Assembly (NCBI GenBank): GCA_943908365.1
Contig: CALTTH010000003.1
Span: 16,875-80,874, forward strand
Reading direction: 5' to 3'
DNA length: 64,000 nucleotides
Origin: an uncultured Hyphomicrobiales bacterium
Lineage (GTDB): Bacteria > Pseudomonadota > Alphaproteobacteria > Rhizobiales > Rhizobiaceae
Shown here: one piece after another, positions 61,507-64,000 of the stretch
Position numbering within the stretch: the first letter of the stretch is position 1
How the letters are laid out: every line of letters begins with the position of its first letter
Translations under genes and position numbers: made by a program
The notes under the pieces: model-generated
Seen by the model: the letters and a program-made list of their open reading frames with translations, nothing else
Databases searched by the model: none
Told to the model about the DNA's origin: nothing

Positions 61507-61941
61507 ATGGCTCTACATCTGATCAAGCTCTGCGTCGGCGCGGATTCCATCGAGGATCTGCGCGAATGGGTCTCCCAACGTTCGCTAACCGCGATGGCGG
61601 CTGGCCTGGAACCGCACAGCGTCCACACCACTCGAATGATCCCGAAGCGCATGGAAGAGTTGCTCGATGGTGGCTCTCTTTATTGGGTGATCAAGGGACA
61701 GTTACAGGCGCGTCAAAAGCTTCTAGATATCCGTTCCTTTACCGGTGGCGATGGCATCACGCGGTGTGATCTGGTTCTGGGACCGGAAGTCATCGAGACT
61801 TCGCCTGCGCCAAAGCGTCCCTTCCAGGGCTGGCGTTATCTTAAAGATGAGGAAGCCCCGCGCGATCTGGGCGGCTCAGGCCTCGCGGACGACATGCCTT
61901 CCGATCTCCGACGGGAACTTGCAGAACTCGGACTTCTCTAG
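61507..61941 (+). CDS. DUF1489-family protein
   Basis: MALHLIKLCVGADSIEDLREW N-terminus, characteristic of this alphaproteobacterial family. Confidence 0.5.
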   Translation: MALHLIKLCVGADSIEDLREWVSQRSLTAMAAGLEPHSVHTTRMIPKRMEELLDGGSLYWVIKGQLQARQKLLDIRSFTGGDGITRCDLVLGPEVIETSPAPKRPFQGWRYLKDEEAPRDLGGSGLADDMPSDLRRELAELGLL

Positions 61942-62156
61942 CGCTACCTTCGAAGTTCTTAAGCGCCGGCACATTTCAAAATAGAAAAACCGGCTCCGGG
62001 GGCAACGGAACCGGTTCTGCGGCAAGATCGACACGGGGTAGAGCGACCTGCCTAAACCTTGGAAGCACTTGCGACGAACGTCTCTGCAGTCACGACTTCC
62101 GCTTATTGAACCGTGCCGTGCTGCGGGGAGGCGTTCCGGCGCTCAGTCCCTTGCAA

Positions 62157-62768
62157 TCAGTTCTTGATGCCGGCGACGGCGCTGACGTTGCGGCCGTCCT
62201 GAACCTTGACCCAGCGGCCTGGATTGTTCGAATCCTGGCGCTTGAGATAGGTGTATTCGGTATCCGACCAGTCCATGACCTTGTTGCGGAGGTTGTCGAG
62301 AATAAAGTCGCCGCGGTCGGTCCGGACGGTCAGCACTGCATGGCCCGAGCCATTCGGCTGCAGCACGACGGTGATCAACAGGTTGGAGGCGGAGATGCCT
62401 TTGTTCATCAGCATCTTGCGCTTCAAGAGCACGAAGTCTTCACAGTCGCCCGCCGTCGTCGGATAGGCCCAACGCTCCTCCACGCCGTAAATCTCCATAT
62501 CGGTCGCTGGCGTGATGGTGGTGTTGACCGTGTAGTTCACGTCGAGCATCGTCTTCCAGGTTTCTTCCGTCAACCGAAGCGGGCCCATATCGGCCGAGGT
62601 TGGCTGGCATTCGCTCTGATAGGTTTGGCAGAATTCGTAATGCCCGATCGGAGGATTGGCCTTTCCGATGATGCGCATTGCTGCTCCCGGCGAGGCCTCT
62701 GCCTGCGGGCCGAATGCGCCAATTGCCAGTGCTGCGATGATCAGTCCCAAACGGCTGTGTTTTTTCAT
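62157..62768 (-). CDS. Periplasmic transglutaminase-like cysteine peptidase (BTLCP, LapG-like)
   Basis: Signal peptide; Cys-His-Asp elements AGDCEDFVLLKRKML and GHAVLTVRTDRGDFILDN; GGGGAGA RBS. Confidence 0.6.
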   Translation of the reverse strand: MKKHSRLGLIIAALAIGAFGPQAEASPGAAMRIIGKANPPIGHYEFCQTYQSECQPTSADMGPLRLTEETWKTMLDVNYTVNTTITPATDMEIYGVEERWAYPTTAGDCEDFVLLKRKMLMNKGISASNLLITVVLQPNGSGHAVLTVRTDRGDFILDNLRNKVMDWSDTEYTYLKRQDSNNPGRWVKVQDGRNVSAVAGIKN

Positions 62769-63352
62769 TTCTTGTCTCCCCGTTGTGAGGAGGACAATGC
62801 CAGCGACACTTTGATCGCACGCAAAAAAGCGCGCTCAAATTCGAGCTTAAATTAAGCAAAAACAACAGCTTATTTGATTCATGTTTGAATGGAATTTGAA
62901 TAGAATTTTATCGATCCGATTAGCTCGTCAGTCGACCGAAGGCTGCAAACCGCCCACATTCCGGCACCCTGTGAATGGAGTAGGGTTAACGAGCACGGTG
63001 ATTTCAGCCAGTGTTGAGCAACACTCAACCATTCATTCACTTTGTTTTGGAGCCGAAAGCCCGCTCAAAACGGTTGAAAGCGGCGAAAATTCCTGTTTTG
63101 ATTGCAGAAAAAATCGTACTTCAACCGTCTTTTTCTGCGCTTTTCTCTGAAATTTCTTTTGAATCCCGCTTTGGAACAGGCTGATCCCAGCCTCTGGGAG
63201 GTCTTTGGCCAAGCGTACTTACGCAGCATGGATGGAATTCGACCGATAAATCGTTGGAAACAAGGCTCGGGACTCACGAGCGCACTCAAGATGGTGATTG
63301 CCTGTCACACATGTGCGCAAGATCGACAGCGGAAACCGACGATCGAGAGGCA

Positions 63353-63384
63353 ATAAAAAACCGGCGAACGCTTGGCGTCGCCGG
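63353..63384 (-). terminator. Rho-independent terminator downstream of the PilZ gene
   Basis: CCGGCGAACGC-TTG-GCGTCGCCGG stem with TTTTTTATT on the minus strand. Confidence 0.6.
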
Positions 63385-63410
63385 TCGTAAAATTCGATCG
63401 TGGAAAAGTG

Positions 63411-63926
63411 TCAGAGAAATTCTATCAACGCGTCCTTAGACTGAACACTGTCGAACTCTATTGCAACGCCTTCCATGAAATGGCGAACAATGCGCCCACC
63501 CATATTGCCGAGGCGGACGGTGGTGCCGAGTGCTGGCCGAGGGTCGATCTCGATAGCGGCACCGGAGAGCGAAAGGTCGATGATGCGGCAGCCGACCGTA
63601 TTGCCGTCATTCAGAAGAAGTGAGGCATTTGGGTTGCGCGGAGTCAGACGATCATGCCGCCGGTCCTCCGGCAGGCCGAGCGCCTGGCGTTTCGCAATCC
63701 ACGCCAATTGTGCGGCGAGTTTCTCACGCTTGCGTTCTGTCGCTGCAATAGCGATCGAAAAACCGTCGCCAGTGAGATGCGTGACCTTGCCTTCGACGCG
63801 ACCGATATGCTGCAGATAGATGATGATCCGGTCATTCCGGTTCGGTCTGGCAAAGCACGTCAGCCGCGCACTTTCCGCGGTCATTTCTGTGGCAGTACAG
63901 TCAAATTCATCTTCAGTCGGCAACAT
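63411..63926 (-). CDS. PilZ-domain protein (putative c-di-GMP receptor)
   Basis: RRHDR...DLSLSGAAIE matches the PilZ RxxxR/DxSxxG motifs; an N-terminal half-domain with YLQHIGRVEGKV suggests a tandem arrangement. Confidence 0.6.
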   Translation of the reverse strand: MLPTEDEFDCTATEMTAESARLTCFARPNRNDRIIIYLQHIGRVEGKVTHLTGDGFSIAIAATERKREKLAAQLAWIAKRQALGLPEDRRHDRLTPRNPNASLLLNDGNTVGCRIIDLSLSGAAIEIDPRPALGTTVRLGNMGGRIVRHFMEGVAIEFDSVQSKDALIEFL

Positions 63927-64000
63927 AAGACGTCCGGAAAGACCGACGGTAACCGGCGGTTCGGCGGTATCGACTGACTTTGAAACGTGGGTGTGTGCGA

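Noticed and set aside
60798-61652. 284-aa minus-strand ORF
   Set aside because: Antisense to sdaA and to the DUF1489 gene.
62881-63356. Three short ORFs (89, 74 and 84 aa) in the BTLCP to PilZ gap
   Set aside because: No RBS; odd composition; they overlap one another in different frames. The region reads better as structured non-coding DNA.
1-64000. Search for CRISPR repeats, IS inverted repeats, integrases, toxin-antitoxin pairs and restriction-modification or other defence genes
   Set aside because: No direct-repeat arrays, transposase or integrase ORFs, or defence-domain proteins were seen. Composition is uniform apart from short AT-rich promoter spacers.

Overview
This 64 kb window reads as core chromosome of an alpha-proteobacterium, probably Rhizobiales (about 57-58% GC; Brucellaceae- or Rhizobiaceae-like gene content). 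It is densely coding on both strands. I found no IS elements, integrases, CRISPR arrays or recognisable defence systems.

Recognisable modules, in order along the window:
- Microoxic regulator fnrN divergent from hemN, with an FNR/FixK anaerobox between them.
- The complete lipid A very-long-chain fatty acid cluster: acpXL, fabZXL, fabF2XL, fabF1XL, adh, lpxXL.
- Two tandem paralogous PAS-domain proteins embedded in AT-rich spacers.
- Housekeeping genes: TSUP permease, nucleoside hydrolase, aminotransferase, homoserine dehydrogenase.
- A wHTH-TPR regulator together with a secreted CxxCH protein.
- tRNA-Lys(UUU), ccdA, an AEC transporter, a UbiH-family monooxygenase, and phosphatidylcholine synthase pcs.
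- A BMP-type ABC transporter (ATPase, two permeases, lipoprotein).
- An OsmC-family protein.
- A minus-strand operon encoding a YdeP-type molybdopterin oxidoreductase, a short winged-helix protein and a degenerate peptide-deformylase paralog.
- mgtE, a MerR regulator, a GAF-GGDEF(degenerate)-EAL protein, a DUF1624/DUF599 membrane pair, and cobU.
- The full cbb3 oxidase locus ccoNOQP plus ccoGHIS, each preceded by a perfect anaerobox.
- gnd, a GlxA/AraC regulator, a CheY-like receiver, glgX, a DUF1127 small protein, a LysR regulator and an entericidin lipoprotein.
- An orphan ParA-like ATPase, a DUF2233 protein, sdaA, a DUF1489 protein, a LapG-like BTLCP protease and a PilZ protein.

Many long ORFs in the six-frame track are antisense or out-of-frame artefacts of the high GC content. 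Several real small genes (ccoQ, ccoS, entericidin, a 55-aa membrane protein) are missing from the track because they are shorter than 60 aa.
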